Source of the DNA: an uncultured Chloroflexia bacterium
GTDB lineage: Bacteria > Chloroflexota > Limnocylindria > Limnocylindrales > CSP1-4
Reading direction: 5' to 3'
Assembly: GCA_963746845.1 (NCBI GenBank)
Contig: CAVVCZ010000005.1
Span: forward strand, 1 to 64,000
DNA length: 64,000 nucleotides
The notes beneath the pieces were generated by a model. That model saw nothing but the letters and a program-made list of their open reading frames with translations, was not told the origin of the DNA and ran no database searches. Every line of letters starts with the position of its first letter. Positions within the stretch are counted from its first letter, which is position 1. The translations under genes were made by a program, and so were the position numbers. Positions 17,120 to 27,543 of this stretch are shown here, one piece after another.

Positions 17120-18490
17120 TCAGCCTGCCGCCTCGACCCCAGTCATCGCGTGAGCGGCCTCGGCCGCGTGAAGGACCGGTTTGTCCGCGCCTTCGCCCGC
17201 GATCTCCGCGACCGCCTCGCCGAAGATCCGGAGCCCCGTCGCCATCTCGGCCTCGGTCACGGTGAGCGGCGGTGACATCCGGACGGACGTCTTGCCGCAC
17301 TCGAGCACGAGCAGCCCGCGCTGAAAGGCGGCCCACTGGACCTCCTCGGCGTGCTCGCCGGTGTCGAACTCGACGCCGAGCATCAGGCCGCGACCCCGGA
17401 CGTCCCGGACCAGGCTCGGGTAGCGGGTCCGGAGCGGGGCCAGCCCCGCCTGCGCCTGTTCGCCGCGGATGCGCGCGTTGTCGACGAGGCCGCCCTGGAG
17501 GAGGTCGATCGTCGCGAGCGCCGCGGCGCAGGCGACGGGGTTTCCGCCGTACGTGGAACCGTGGGCGCCGGGTCCCCACGCCTCGAGCAGATCCGCCCGC
17601 GCGACAAGCGCCCCGAGCGGCATGCCGCTGGCGATGCCCTTGGCCGACAGCAGGATGTCCGGCTTCACGCCCCATTGCTCGATCGCCCACATCGTCCCGG
17701 TCCGGCCGGCGCCCGACTGGATCTCGTCGGCGACGAGCAGGATCCCGTGCCGGTCGCAGATCTCGCGGAGACCCTGGAGGAAGCCGTCCTCGGGCACGAG
17801 GTAGCCGCCCTCGCCCTGGATCGGCTCGACGATGATCGCCGCGACCTCGTTGGCCGGGACCAGCTTGTCGAAGAGGACCTCATCGAAATACTTCAGGTCG
17901 GCCACATGGCCGAACGGGGCGTGGTACACGCCGGGCAGCAGCGGCCCGAAGCCCGCGTGGTACTTCGCCTTCGAGGCGGTCAGGCTGACCGAGCCGTAGC
18001 TCCGACCGTGGAACGCGCCGAGGAACGCCACGACGTACGGCCGCTTCGTCGCGAACCGGGCCAGCTTGATCGCGGTCTCGACGACCTCCGTTCCGGAGTT
18101 GCCGAGATAGGTCCGGGCCTTGCCGCCGGCGATCGGCGTGATCTCCGCGATCCGCTGGCAGGTCTCGGCGTAGATCGGGAGGTAGAAGTCGCTGGCCGAG
18201 AAGTGGAGGAGGTCGCCCGCCTGCTCCTTGATCGCCCCGACGACCGCCGGATGGGCATGGCCGGTCGAGTTGACCGCGATGCCCGCGGCGAAGTCGAGGA
18301 AGAGGTTGCCGTCGATGTCCTCGATCGCCAGGCCGTCGCCACGGACGGGCACGATCGGGTAGGCGCGCGGCAGGCTCGGCGACGTCCAGGTCTCGTCGTA
18401 CGCCACGTGGGCGCGGGCCTTCGGGCCCGGGAGCTCCGTGACGAGATCGGGAACGGGCCGATCCCCGGCGAGACGGTTGGACGCGGTCAC
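17120..18490 (-). CDS. class III PLP aminotransferase (4-aminobutyrate/acetylornithine aminotransferase-like)
   Basis: FLDFAAGIAV, NSGTE, AFHGR, EPIQGEGG, DEIQSG.GRTG, AKGIASG, STYGGNP. Confidence 0.88.
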   Translation of the reverse strand: MTASNRLAGDRPVPDLVTELPGPKARAHVAYDETWTSPSLPRAYPIVPVRGDGLAIEDIDGNLFLDFAAGIAVNSTGHAHPAVVGAIKEQAGDLLHFSASDFYLPIYAETCQRIAEITPIAGGKARTYLGNSGTEVVETAIKLARFATKRPYVVAFLGAFHGRSYGSVSLTASKAKYHAGFGPLLPGVYHAPFGHVADLKYFDEVLFDKLVPANEVAAIIVEPIQGEGGYLVPEDGFLQGLREICDRHGILLVADEIQSGAGRTGTMWAIEQWGVKPDILLSAKGIASGMPLGALVARADLLEAWGPGAHGSTYGGNPVACAAALATIDLLQGGLVDNARIRGEQAQAGLAPLRTRYPSLVRDVRGRGLMLGVEFDTGEHAEEVQWAAFQRGLLVLECGKTSVRMSPPLTVTEAEMATGLRIFGEAVAEIAGEGADKPVLHAAEAAHAMTGVEAAG

Positions 18491-18527
18491 TTCGAGGCAC
18501 CTCTGGCTGACGCCGGCGAGCGTGGGC

Positions 18528-18542
18528 GCATACGGAGTATGC
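18528..18542. promoter_or_regulatory. palindromic operator upstream of the aminotransferase (GntR/FadR-like)
   Basis: GCATAC-GGA-GTATGC perfect dyad in the divergent intergenic region. Confidence 0.45.
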
Positions 18543-18619
18543 AGAGTGGATATTCGGCCGGAGGATACCAGAGCGGCCCGGCCGGACCGGCTCCCAGCCT
18601 CGCGCCGTACGATCCGGGT

Positions 18620-20167
18620 GTGCGGAACGTCGATCGGGGCGAGCTGGGTCGGTTCCTGGCCGTGGCGGTCGGATCGCTGGCGGTCGCGACCGTCGCGGTC
18701 GCGATCTTCCAGTACGGCCTCGACGTCCCGAACCCGTCATCGCTGTACCTGGTCGCGGTGGTCGCCACCGCGATCGTGTCGGGGACGTGGGGGGCCGTCA
18801 TCTCGGCGTTCGCCGCCTTCGTCCTCTACAACTTCCTGTTCGTCGAGCCCACGCTGACCCTGACCGTCGCGCAGCCCGGCGAGCTCGTGAACCTGGTCCT
18901 GCTCCTGTTCGTCGGCATCGTCGTCGGCCAGCTCGTCGCGCTCCAGCGGGCCAGGGCCGAGGAGGCGATCGCCCGGGAGCGCGAAGCCCGCTCCTTGTTC
19001 CAGGTCAGCCGCGCGCTCGCGACCCGGGCCTCGACGCCGTCCGTCCTGCCGGTGATCGCCACGATCCTTCGCGAGCACACGGGGATGACCCGGACCTGGA
19101 TCTCGCTCGGATCCGGCCTTGGGCCGGACCGGGTGGCGGCCGACACGGACGGCGACGTCGCGAGACCCGCGATCGGCATGCATCGCGTCCTGCAGCGGAT
19201 GCCGGGTGAGATCCCGGCCCGATGGGATCGCGTCCACCAGCCCGCACCGCCCGGGTCGCGCCAACCGACCGGCCTCGACGTGTACCGCGTCCGGATGGAC
19301 GCCGGCGACGAGACGTACGGCTCGATCTGGGCCGTCCGGTCGAAGGGGGGGCCCGAGCCAGATCGGACCGCCACCCGCCTGCTCGCCGGGGCGGCGGACC
19401 AGCTCGGCCAGGCCCTCCGCCAGGATCGTCTGGCGGCGGATGCCCAGGCCGCCGATGTCGCGAGACAGGCCGACGCCCTGAAGTCCGCGTTGCTCCAGTC
19501 CGTGTCGCACGACCTCCGGACGCCGCTCGCCACGATCCGGGCGGCGGCCGGAACGCTCCGACCGGGGACCGGGCTGAGCGAGGCGGACCAGGCCGAGAGC
19601 GCCGACGCGATCGACCGGGAGGTCGAGTACCTGAACCGCCTCGTGACGAACCTGCTCGACCTGTCGCGGATCGAGGCCGGCGCGCTCCGCGCCGAGCGCG
19701 ACATCTTCGAGCTCGACGACCTCGTCGGTCGGACGCTCGAGCGGCTCGGGCCCCGGCTCGTCGGCCGGACCCTGGACGTGGACCTCGACGCGCCGCCGGT
19801 CCGCGTCGACCCGGTGTTCATCGACGAGGCGGTCACGAACGCCGTCGAGAACGCGATCAAGTACACGCTGCCCGGTACGACGATCCGCGTCGCCGCCGCG
19901 CCGGTCGACGATGCGTTCGTGCGTCTGACGATCGAGGACGCCGGCCCGGGCGTCCCGGACGCGGCGCTGCCGCTGCTGTTCGACAAGTTCTACCGGGTGC
20001 CGAGCGGACCCGGCGGATCCCGGTCCGGGACGGGGATCGGGCTCGCGGTCGTCCGCGGGCTCGTCGAGGCGACCGGCGGCCGAGCGGACGCGCGGCAGAG
20101 CGATCTCGGCGGGCTGGCGATCGACCTGGATCTGCCGGCTGCGCCCGTCGATGGGGCGAAGGCGTGA
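18620..20167 (+). CDS. kdpD: KdpD-type sensor histidine kinase, membrane+GAF+HisKA+HATPase part only
   Basis: 4 TM (YNFLFVEP..TL), SVSHDLRTPL, NLLDLSRIEAG, ENAIKY, D.GPG, FDKFYR, GTGIGL; GTG start 6 nt after TACGAT. Confidence 0.85.
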   Translation: MRNVDRGELGRFLAVAVGSLAVATVAVAIFQYGLDVPNPSSLYLVAVVATAIVSGTWGAVISAFAAFVLYNFLFVEPTLTLTVAQPGELVNLVLLLFVGIVVGQLVALQRARAEEAIAREREARSLFQVSRALATRASTPSVLPVIATILREHTGMTRTWISLGSGLGPDRVAADTDGDVARPAIGMHRVLQRMPGEIPARWDRVHQPAPPGSRQPTGLDVYRVRMDAGDETYGSIWAVRSKGGPEPDRTATRLLAGAADQLGQALRQDRLAADAQAADVARQADALKSALLQSVSHDLRTPLATIRAAAGTLRPGTGLSEADQAESADAIDREVEYLNRLVTNLLDLSRIEAGALRAERDIFELDDLVGRTLERLGPRLVGRTLDVDLDAPPVRVDPVFIDEAVTNAVENAIKYTLPGTTIRVAAAPVDDAFVRLTIEDAGPGVPDAALPLLFDKFYRVPSGPGGSRSGTGIGLAVVRGLVEATGGRADARQSDLGGLAIDLDLPAAPVDGAKA

Positions 20168-20913
20168 CGATCCGGCCGGCGGACCGATCCGACGCCGTGA
20201 CCATCCTCGTCGTCGAGGACGACGAGGAAACGCGACACGCCGTCGTCCGTGAGCTCGCCGCCCGCGGCTACCGGACCGAGGAGGCGTCCGACGGCGCCAC
20301 GGCGCTCGAACACTGGGAGCATCGTCGACCGGACCTCGTCCTGCTCGACCTCGGGCTCCCCGACATCGACGGCCTCCAGCTCGTCCGGCGGATCCGCCAC
20401 GATGCGACGACCCCAATCGTGATCCTGTCCGGCCGCTACGAGGAGCGGGAGAAGGTCGAGGCCCTCGAGCGCGGCGCCGACGACTACGTGACCAAGCCGT
20501 TCGGCGTCGACGAGCTCAACGCCCGCCTGCGGGTCGCCCTTCGCCACGCGGCCGGCCCGGCGGCGGATCAGGCCGGGCTGATCGTCAACGGCTCCCTGCG
20601 GCTGGACCCCGGGCGCCACGAGGTGACGGTCGCCGGTGAGCGGGTCGACCTGACCCCGCGCCAGTTCGAGATCCTGCGGGTCCTCCTGACCCACGCCGGA
20701 CGGCTCGTGACGAAGGGCCGGCTCCTGCGAGCCGTCTGGGGCGAGGCCTATCAGGGCGAGGACAGCTACGTCTACGTCCACGTCAGCCAGCTCCGGCGGA
20801 AGCTCGCCGCCGCCGATCCGGATGGCACGCTGCGCGACCTGATCGTCACGGAGCCCGGCGTCGGGTATCGCGTCCGGGAGGCCCGGGAGCACCGCGAGTC
20901 GCCGCGACTTTAG
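20164..20913 (+). CDS. kdpE: OmpR-family response regulator
   Basis: ILVVEDD, LLDLGLPDIDG, GADDYVTKPFG, QLRRKL, IVTEPGVGYR; GTGA overlap with kinase. Confidence 0.88.
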   Translation: MTIRPADRSDAVTILVVEDDEETRHAVVRELAARGYRTEEASDGATALEHWEHRRPDLVLLDLGLPDIDGLQLVRRIRHDATTPIVILSGRYEEREKVEALERGADDYVTKPFGVDELNARLRVALRHAAGPAADQAGLIVNGSLRLDPGRHEVTVAGERVDLTPRQFEILRVLLTHAGRLVTKGRLLRAVWGEAYQGEDSYVYVHVSQLRRKLAAADPDGTLRDLIVTEPGVGYRVREAREHRESPRL

Positions 20914-20981
20914 GAGGACTTCAGGCCCGGACGGGCCGCACGGCGCGCTTCCCTCTTGGCGGCCCCGCGTAGCGTCGAGGC

Positions 20982-21233
20982 ATGGAAATCCCGGACCCGG
21001 CGAGCGCCGTCCAACGGCAGCTCGACCGGGAGCTCCAGCTCGTCGCCGACGCCATCGCCCTCGTGGCCGGTGGCCGGTCGCCGCGTGTCACAGTCGCCGG
21101 GCTCCGGCTCGGCGACGCCGTGCTCGCGCCGGCCCGGGAGCTCGCCCGGGAGGCGGGCGTCCGGATCGTCCCGCACTGGTCCGCCGACGAGACCGGCGTC
21201 GACATCGCCGTCGAACCGGCCGAAGCCCGATGA
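20982..21233 (+). CDS. small hypothetical protein (83 aa)
   Basis: ATG 6 nt after TAGCGT; ATGA overlap with the next gene; host-like codon use. Confidence 0.6.
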   Translation: MEIPDPASAVQRQLDRELQLVADAIALVAGGRSPRVTVAGLRLGDAVLAPARELAREAGVRIVPHWSADETGVDIAVEPAEAR

Positions 21234-21622
21234 CCGACCAGTCGTCGCTGCTGTTCGTCGAGGACGACGAGAGCCTTCGGCGGATCGTCGCCCGACACCT
21301 CCGCTCGCGCGGCTACAGCGTCGTGGAGGCGGCCTCGGCCGAAGAGGCGGCCCAGCGCGTCGAGGACGGGCTGCGACCCGGGCTCGTCCTGCTCGACCTG
21401 AACCTCCCGGGGGAGACCGGCTGGGACTTCCTCCGTGGCCCGTCCCTGGCCGGCGCGGGATCGCCGCCGGTCGTGATCACGAGCGCCACGACGGTGAGCC
21501 CGAAGCGGCTCGCCGAGTTCGAGGTCGCCGGCTACCTCCCCAAGCCGTTCCCGCTCGAGACGCTCATCGCGACGATCGACCGCCTCATCGCTCAGAAGGA
21601 GCCCTCGCCCGCCCATGACTGA
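21230..21622 (+). CDS. single-domain response regulator receiver
   Basis: LLFVEDD, VLLDLNLPG, VITSA, YLPKPF. Confidence 0.85.
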   Translation: MTDQSSLLFVEDDESLRRIVARHLRSRGYSVVEAASAEEAAQRVEDGLRPGLVLLDLNLPGETGWDFLRGPSLAGAGSPPVVITSATTVSPKRLAEFEVAGYLPKPFPLETLIATIDRLIAQKEPSPAHD

Positions 21623-21704
21623 CCTCCAGATCCTGCTGATCACCGTCGCGGTGGCTGCCGTCCTGTGGGGCTACCTCGAGCTGTGCGACCGGGTGCGCCG
21701 ATGA
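21615..21704 (+). CDS. 29-aa hydrophobic peptide upstream of kdpF (KdpZ/KdpY-like)
   Basis: MTDLQILLITVAVAAVLWGYLELCDRVRR*; ATGA overlap with kdpF; not in the ORF track. Confidence 0.65.
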   Translation: MTDLQILLITVAVAAVLWGYLELCDRVRR

Positions 21705-21790
21705 ACGTCGTCGACGTCCTCGCCGGGCTGGCCGCACTGTTCGGTTTCGTCTACCTCGCGTGGGCCCTCCTCCGGCCCGAGGACTTCTGA
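21701..21790 (+). CDS. kdpF: K+-transporting ATPase subunit F
   Basis: MNVVDVLAGLAALFGFVYLAWALLRPEDF*; C-terminal YL..AL..PE.F signature; 2 nt before kdpA. Confidence 0.85.
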   Translation: MNVVDVLAGLAALFGFVYLAWALLRPEDF

Positions 21791-21792
21791 TC

Positions 21793-23505
21793 ATGTCCAC
21801 CGGTGACTTCCTGACCCTCGTCGCGCTCGCCCTGGCCGTCCTGATCGTCACGCCGTTCCTCGGCCGGTACATCCATCGGGTCATGGAGGGCGAGCGGACC
21901 ATCCTGAGCCCCGTTCTGCGGCCGGTCGAACGCGCGGTCTACCGCGTCTGCGGGATCGACGAGACAGCCGAGCAAACGTGGAAGGGCTACGCGATCAGCG
22001 TCCTCGTCATGGCCCTGGTCGCGATCGTCGCCGGCTACGTCGTCTTCCGGCTCCAGGATGTCCTGCCGCTCAACCAGGGCGGCATCCCGCCGATGACGCC
22101 GGACCTCGCGTTCAACACCTCGGTCAGCTTCGAGACGAACACGAACTGGCAGAACTACTCCGGCGAGACCGGCGCGACCTACCTGACCCAGGCAACCGTT
22201 CTCGCCGTCCGGAACTTCACCTCGGCGGCGACGGGGCTGGCGGTCGCGATCGCGCTCATCCGCGGCCTGACCCGCCGAAGCGCGAAGACGCTCGGCAACT
22301 ACTGGGTCGACCTGACCCGCGGCATCCTGTATCTCCTCCTGCCGATCTCGATCGTCGGCGCGCTGGTCCTCGTGTGGCAGGGCGTGCCCCAGACGTGGGA
22401 TCCGACCCACACCGTCACGACCCTCCAGGGGGCGACCCAGAACATCGCCCTCGGACCGATCGCGTCCCAGGAGTGGATCAAGGAGCTGGGCAACAACGGC
22501 GGCGGGTTCTTCAACGCCAACTCCGCCCACCCGTTCGAGAACCCCACGCCGCTGACGAACTTCCTCGAGATGTTCGCGATCCTCGCGATCGCGTTCTCGC
22601 TGACCTACACGTTCGGACGCTACGCCGGCAACCAGCGCCAGGGCTGGACGATCTTCGGCGCGATGGCCCTGATCCTGGTCGTCGGGGCGGTCTTCGCGAT
22701 GCACCTGGAGTTCAACGGGAACCCCCTCTTTCCGGCTGCGGTCGACCAGAGCGCGCTCGGCAACATGGAGGGCAAGGAGACCCGCTTCGGGGCGGCCGTC
22801 GGCGGGCTGTTCATGTCCGTCACGACCGGCACCAGCACCGGTGCGATCAACTCCTGGCACGACAGCGCACAGCCGATGGCCGGCCTCGTCCCGCTCTTCA
22901 ACATGGAGCTCGGGGAGATCAGCCCCGGCGGGATCGGCGCCGGGATGTACGGGATGCTGATCATCGGGGCGATCCTGGCGGTCTTCATCGCCGGCCAGAT
23001 GGTCGGCCGGACGCCGGAGTACCTCGGCAAGAAGGTCGAGGCCTTCGAGATCAAGATGGCGATGATCACCGCCCTCGTCCTGGGCGCCAGCATCCTCGGC
23101 TTCACGGCTCTCGCCAGCGTCCTTCCGGCCGGTCTGGCCGGACCGTTGAACCAGGGGCCGCATGGCTTCAGCGAGATCCTGTACGCCTTCTCCAGCCAGA
23201 CCGGCAACAACGGGTCGGCGTTCGCGGGCCTGACCGGGAACACGCCCTTCTACAACATCACGGGCGCATTCGCGATGTTCATCGGCCGGTACGGGATGAT
23301 CGTGCCCATCCTCGCCCTGGCGGGCTCGATGGCGGCCAAACGCCGCGTCGCGCCGTCACTCGGCACATTCCCGACGACCGGTGTCCTCTGGACAATCCTG
23401 CTCATCGGCGTTGTGATCATCGTCGGAGCCCTGACGTTCTTCCCGGCCCTGTCGCTGGGACCGATCGTCGAGCAGCTCATCCAGAACGCCGGAAAGGCCG
23501 CCTGA
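21793..23505 (+). CDS. kdpA: K+-transporting ATPase subunit A
   Basis: [57 protein letters not shown]. Confidence 0.96.
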   Translation: MSTGDFLTLVALALAVLIVTPFLGRYIHRVMEGERTILSPVLRPVERAVYRVCGIDETAEQTWKGYAISVLVMALVAIVAGYVVFRLQDVLPLNQGGIPPMTPDLAFNTSVSFETNTNWQNYSGETGATYLTQATVLAVRNFTSAATGLAVAIALIRGLTRRSAKTLGNYWVDLTRGILYLLLPISIVGALVLVWQGVPQTWDPTHTVTTLQGATQNIALGPIASQEWIKELGNNGGGFFNANSAHPFENPTPLTNFLEMFAILAIAFSLTYTFGRYAGNQRQGWTIFGAMALILVVGAVFAMHLEFNGNPLFPAAVDQSALGNMEGKETRFGAAVGGLFMSVTTGTSTGAINSWHDSAQPMAGLVPLFNMELGEISPGGIGAGMYGMLIIGAILAVFIAGQMVGRTPEYLGKKVEAFEIKMAMITALVLGASILGFTALASVLPAGLAGPLNQGPHGFSEILYAFSSQTGNNGSAFAGLTGNTPFYNITGAFAMFIGRYGMIVPILALAGSMAAKRRVAPSLGTFPTTGVLWTILLIGVVIIVGALTFFPALSLGPIVEQLIQNAGKAA

Positions 23506-23510
23506 TCCCC

Positions 23511-25685
23511 ATGACTGTCAACCGTTCCCTCCTGTCGGTCGACCTCGGCCGCGGTACCCGCCGGTTCCAGCGGTTCGTCGTCCTCGGCGGCGAGAAGCCG
23601 TCGGGAGCCGAGCCGCCCCGACCGCGTGGTGTCCTCGACCCGGAGCAGCTCCGCGCCGCCGTCCCCCAGGCCTTCCGGAAGCTGGACCCGCGCCTGCTCA
23701 TCAAGAACCCCGTCATGTTCATCGTCGAGATCACGGCCGTCCTCGTGACGATCGTCGCGATCGGCAACGCCACCGGCCTCCAGCCGACGACCGAGTCGGG
23801 TGGTCTCGGCTTCCAGATCCAGATCGCGGCGTGGCTGTGGTTCACGGTCCTGTTCGCGACCTATGCCGAGGCGGTCGCCGAGGCCCGTGGACGCGCCCAG
23901 GCGGCAACCCTCCGGAAGACCCGATCCGAGACGACCGCGCACCGTCGCCAGGCCGACGGCACCCTCGAGAGCGTCGGGTCGTCCGAGCTCCGCAAGGGCG
24001 ACGTCATCGTCGTCGAGGCGGGCGAGACGATCGCCGGCGACGGCGACGTCATCGAGGGGATCGGCTTCGTCAACGAGGCGGCCATCACCGGCGAGTCCGC
24101 GCCCGTGCTCAAGGAGCCCGGGACGGACATCCGCAGCTCGGTCACCGGTGGCACGACCCTGACCAGCGACCGGCTCGTCATCGAGGTCACGACCAACCCG
24201 GGCGAGACGTTCCTCGACCGGATGATCGCCCTCGTCGAGGGTGCCAAGCGCCAGCGGACCCCCAACGAGATCGCGCTCGCGATCCTGCTCGCCGGGCTGA
24301 CGTTCATCTTCCTGATGGCCACGGTCACCCTGCGGCCGTTCGGGTCCTATGCGGGCTCCGTGGTCGGGACCGTGTCGCTGGTCGCCCTCCTCGTGTGCCT
24401 GATCCCAACGACGATCGGCGGCCTCCTGTCGGCGATCGGGATCGCGGGCATGGACCGCGTCGCGCGGTTCAACGTCCTCGCGATGAGCGGCCGGGCGGTC
24501 GAGGCCTCCGGCGACGTCGACGTGATCCTGCTCGACAAGACCGGGACGATCACGTATGGCAACCGGCTCGCCGCGACGATCACGGCCGCGCCGGGGATTG
24601 CGGAAGCCGACGCGGTGACCGCCGCGCTCCTCGCGTCGCTTCGCGACGAGACCCCGGAGGGCCGATCGATCGTCGACCTGGCCCGAAAGCGTCTGGCCGA
24701 GCTCGGCGCGCCCGCAGGCACGGACGACGCGGCCGGTCTGGCCGCCCTCGACTCGTCGATCGTGGAACAGATCCCGTTCCGCGCCGAGACCCGGACGAGC
24801 GGCGTGCGGACCGCGACGGGGACCACGCTCAAGGGAGCCGTCGACGCGATCGAAACACGGGTCGGTGTCCTGCCAGCTGACGTCACCGCCGGGGCTGACC
24901 GCATCGCCGACCTCGGCGCGACCCCGCTCGTCCTCGAGCGGGGCGGTGCCGTCCTCGGCCTGATCGAGCTGAAGGACACCATCAAGGAGGGCCTGCCCGA
25001 GCGGTTCGCCGAGTTCCGCCGAATGGGCATCCGCACGGTGATGATCACCGGCGACAACCCCCGGACGGCGGCGACGATCGCCCGCGAGGCGGGCGTCGAC
25101 GACTTCATCGCCCAGGCGACACCCGAAGACAAGATCGCCTTCATCCGCAAGGAACAGGCGGACGGCCACCTCGTCGCGATGACGGGCGACGGGACGAACG
25201 ACGCCCCGGCCGTCGCCCAGGCCGACGTCGGGATGGCGATGAACAGCGGGACGTCGGCGGCCAAGGAGGCGGCCAACATGGTCGACCTCGACTCGGACCC
25301 GACGAAGCTCCTCGAGGTGATCGCGATCGGCAAGCAGCTGCTGATCACGCGCGGCTCGATCACGACGTTCTCGATCGCGAACGACGTCGCGAAGTACTTC
25401 GCGATCCTTCCGGCGATGTTCGTGAGCGTCTACCCGCAGCTCAACGCCCTGAACATCATGGGCCTGGCCACGCCCCAGAGCGCGATCCTGAGTGCGGTGA
25501 TCTTCAACGCGCTGGTCATCGTCGCCCTGATCCCGCTGGCCCTCCGGGGCGTGGGCTTCCGGGCCGCCCCGGCGAGCGTCCTGCTCCGGCGCAACCTGTC
25601 CATCTACGGCCTCGGCGGGATCATCGCCCCGTTCATCGGGATCAAGCTGATCGATCTCGTCGTGTCCGGCCTGCATCTCGCATAG
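23511..25685 (+). CDS. kdpB: K+-transporting P-type ATPase subunit B
   Basis: [54 protein letters not shown]. Confidence 0.96.
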   Translation: MTVNRSLLSVDLGRGTRRFQRFVVLGGEKPSGAEPPRPRGVLDPEQLRAAVPQAFRKLDPRLLIKNPVMFIVEITAVLVTIVAIGNATGLQPTTESGGLGFQIQIAAWLWFTVLFATYAEAVAEARGRAQAATLRKTRSETTAHRRQADGTLESVGSSELRKGDVIVVEAGETIAGDGDVIEGIGFVNEAAITGESAPVLKEPGTDIRSSVTGGTTLTSDRLVIEVTTNPGETFLDRMIALVEGAKRQRTPNEIALAILLAGLTFIFLMATVTLRPFGSYAGSVVGTVSLVALLVCLIPTTIGGLLSAIGIAGMDRVARFNVLAMSGRAVEASGDVDVILLDKTGTITYGNRLAATITAAPGIAEADAVTAALLASLRDETPEGRSIVDLARKRLAELGAPAGTDDAAGLAALDSSIVEQIPFRAETRTSGVRTATGTTLKGAVDAIETRVGVLPADVTAGADRIADLGATPLVLERGGAVLGLIELKDTIKEGLPERFAEFRRMGIRTVMITGDNPRTAATIAREAGVDDFIAQATPEDKIAFIRKEQADGHLVAMTGDGTNDAPAVAQADVGMAMNSGTSAAKEAANMVDLDSDPTKLLEVIAIGKQLLITRGSITTFSIANDVAKYFAILPAMFVSVYPQLNALNIMGLATPQSAILSAVIFNALVIVALIPLALRGVGFRAAPASVLLRRNLSIYGLGGIIAPFIGIKLIDLVVSGLHLA

Positions 25686-25695
25686 GAATCGATCG

Positions 25696-26280
25696 ATGAC
25701 CACCTTCCTTCGCGGCCGGCTCTGGCCGGCCATCGCCCTCCTGATCGCCCTGACGGTCATCACCGGCGTGATCTATCCACTCGTCGTGACCGCCGTGGCC
25801 CAGGTCGCGTTCCCGTCCCAGGCGAACGGCTCGTTCATCGTGACGACCGACGGCCGCACCATCGGGTCGTCGTTGATCGGCCAGGCCTTCGACCAGCCGC
25901 AGTACTTCTCGGGCCGGCTCTCGGCCGCCGGCAAGGACGGCTACGACGCGAGCGGCTCCGCCGGCTCGAACCTCGGCCCGACCAACCAGGACCTGATCGA
26001 CCGGGTCAACGCCAGCGTCGCGTCGTTCCAGGCCGCCAATGGCAACGCGCCGATCCCCGTCGACCTGGTCACGACGTCGGCATCGGGTCTCGACCCGGAC
26101 ATCAGCCCGGCCGCGGCCGAGTACCAGGTCGCCCGCGTGGCGGCCGCCCGCAAGCTGTCCGAGGCGGATGTCCGGGCAGCCGTGGCGCGCCACACCCAGG
26201 AACCCTTCCTCGGCTTCCTCGGCGAGCCGCGGGTCAACGTCCTCCTCCTCAACCTCGACCTGGACGGCCTCCTGAAGTGA
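25696..26280 (+). CDS. kdpC: K+-transporting ATPase subunit C
   Basis: YPLVVT, QANGS, GSSLIGQ, GSNLGPTN, VTTSASGLDPDIS, GEPRVNVL.LN. Confidence 0.95.
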   Translation: MTTFLRGRLWPAIALLIALTVITGVIYPLVVTAVAQVAFPSQANGSFIVTTDGRTIGSSLIGQAFDQPQYFSGRLSAAGKDGYDASGSAGSNLGPTNQDLIDRVNASVASFQAANGNAPIPVDLVTTSASGLDPDISPAAAEYQVARVAAARKLSEADVRAAVARHTQEPFLGFLGEPRVNVLLLNLDLDGLLK

Positions 26281-27452
26281 CCGCCGACCTCGAGCGCGAC
26301 GCGTTCGACTTCCGCCCCACCGGCGAGGAGATGCTCGCGCGCGTGCGGTCAGAGTCCGACACGTCGAGCGCCCGAGGTCGTCTTCGGATCTATCTGGGCA
26401 TGGCGCCGGGCGTCGGGAAGACATTCCGCATGCTCGAGGAGGGCCACCGGCGGATGGCCCGCGGGACCGATCTCGTGGTCGGCTTCGTCGAGGCTCACGG
26501 GCGGCCGCGCACCATCGAGCTGCTCGACGGCCTCGAGGTCGTGCCGCGTCTCCGGACGGAGTACCGCGGCGTCGTCGTCGAAGAGATGGACCCGGACGCG
26601 ATCATCGCCCGCCGGCCGACCGTCGCCCTGATCGACGAGCTCGCCCACACGAACGTTCCGGGTTCCGTCCGGGCCAAGCGCTGGGAGGATGTGGAGGTCA
26701 TCCGGGACGCCGGCATCCATGTCGTCACGACCCTCAACGTCCAGCACCTCGACAGCGTGGCCGACGCGGTCGCGACGATCACCGGCGCCCCGGTCAACGA
26801 GCGGCTCCCCGAGGACGTCCTGCTCGGCGCCGACGAGATCGAGCTCGTCGACATGAGCCCGCACGCGCTCCGCCAGCGGATGAAGCACGGCAACGTCTAT
26901 CCCCCGGAGCGGACCCAGGTCGCGCTGGACCGGTTCTTCACCGAGGCGAACCTCACGGCGCTCCGCGAGTTGGCGCTCCGGCTCGTCGCCCAGCGGGTCG
27001 AGGGCCAGCTGGAGGGCACGCTCGCGGGCCAGTCGCTGCCGCTCGTCACGGATCGTGTGCTGGTCCTCGTCGACGGCAGCCCGGCCTCGATCCGCGCGAT
27101 CCGTCGGGCGGCGAAACAGGCGAGCGCCCTGCACGCGGCGCTGGTCGCGGTCGTCGTCGACACCCCCGAGACCGCGAGCCTGTCCTTCGACCGGACTCGC
27201 GATCTCCAGGAGGCGATCGATGACGCGGTGGACCTCGGTGCCGACGTCGTGCGGGTCGAGGCGGCCGACGCGGCCGCCGGGATCGTGGCGGTCGCCGGGT
27301 CGCGGCGGGCGACGCACGTCGTGCTGCCCCAGCGGTCGCTGACCGGCCTGCGCCGCCTCCGCGAACGACCGCTCGTCGACGAGCTGCTCGAGCAGCTGCC
27401 CGACGTGGAGGTCCACGTCGTCGGCCCGCCGCCGCGGGCTGACCGCCGGTAG
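26277..27452 (+). CDS. KdpD N-terminal sensor domain plus universal stress protein domain (separately encoded)
   Basis: GRLRIYLGMAPGVGKT, IDELAHTN, KRWEDV, TTLNVQHL, LRELALR; Usp-like VLVLVDGS; no TM or kinase domain. Confidence 0.9.
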   Translation: MTADLERDAFDFRPTGEEMLARVRSESDTSSARGRLRIYLGMAPGVGKTFRMLEEGHRRMARGTDLVVGFVEAHGRPRTIELLDGLEVVPRLRTEYRGVVVEEMDPDAIIARRPTVALIDELAHTNVPGSVRAKRWEDVEVIRDAGIHVVTTLNVQHLDSVADAVATITGAPVNERLPEDVLLGADEIELVDMSPHALRQRMKHGNVYPPERTQVALDRFFTEANLTALRELALRLVAQRVEGQLEGTLAGQSLPLVTDRVLVLVDGSPASIRAIRRAAKQASALHAALVAVVVDTPETASLSFDRTRDLQEAIDDAVDLGADVVRVEAADAAAGIVAVAGSRRATHVVLPQRSLTGLRRLRERPLVDELLEQLPDVEVHVVGPPPRADRR

Positions 27453-27543
27453 ACAGGCGCCGGATCGCCTGACCGCGGGCCGTCGCCGTGGGCTGGGCGA
27501 CCACCCCAGAGGAGCGGACGCGGCGATCCTCGTCCGCCGTTTC

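Noticed and set aside
17351-18619. Extension of the 938-aa kinase ORF
   Set aside because: Antisense to the aminotransferase; the kinase begins at about 18620
21978-23510. N-terminal ~510 aa of the 1235-aa ORF, suggesting a giant KdpB fusion
   Set aside because: Arg/Pro-rich alternative frame overlapping kdpA; real KdpB starts at ATG 23511
23250-25763. 837-aa minus-strand ORF and similar long antisense ORFs (44980-46935, 51582-53120, 58167-59564)
   Set aside because: Mirror frames of well-supported genes; stop codons are scarce at this GC content; no protein motifs
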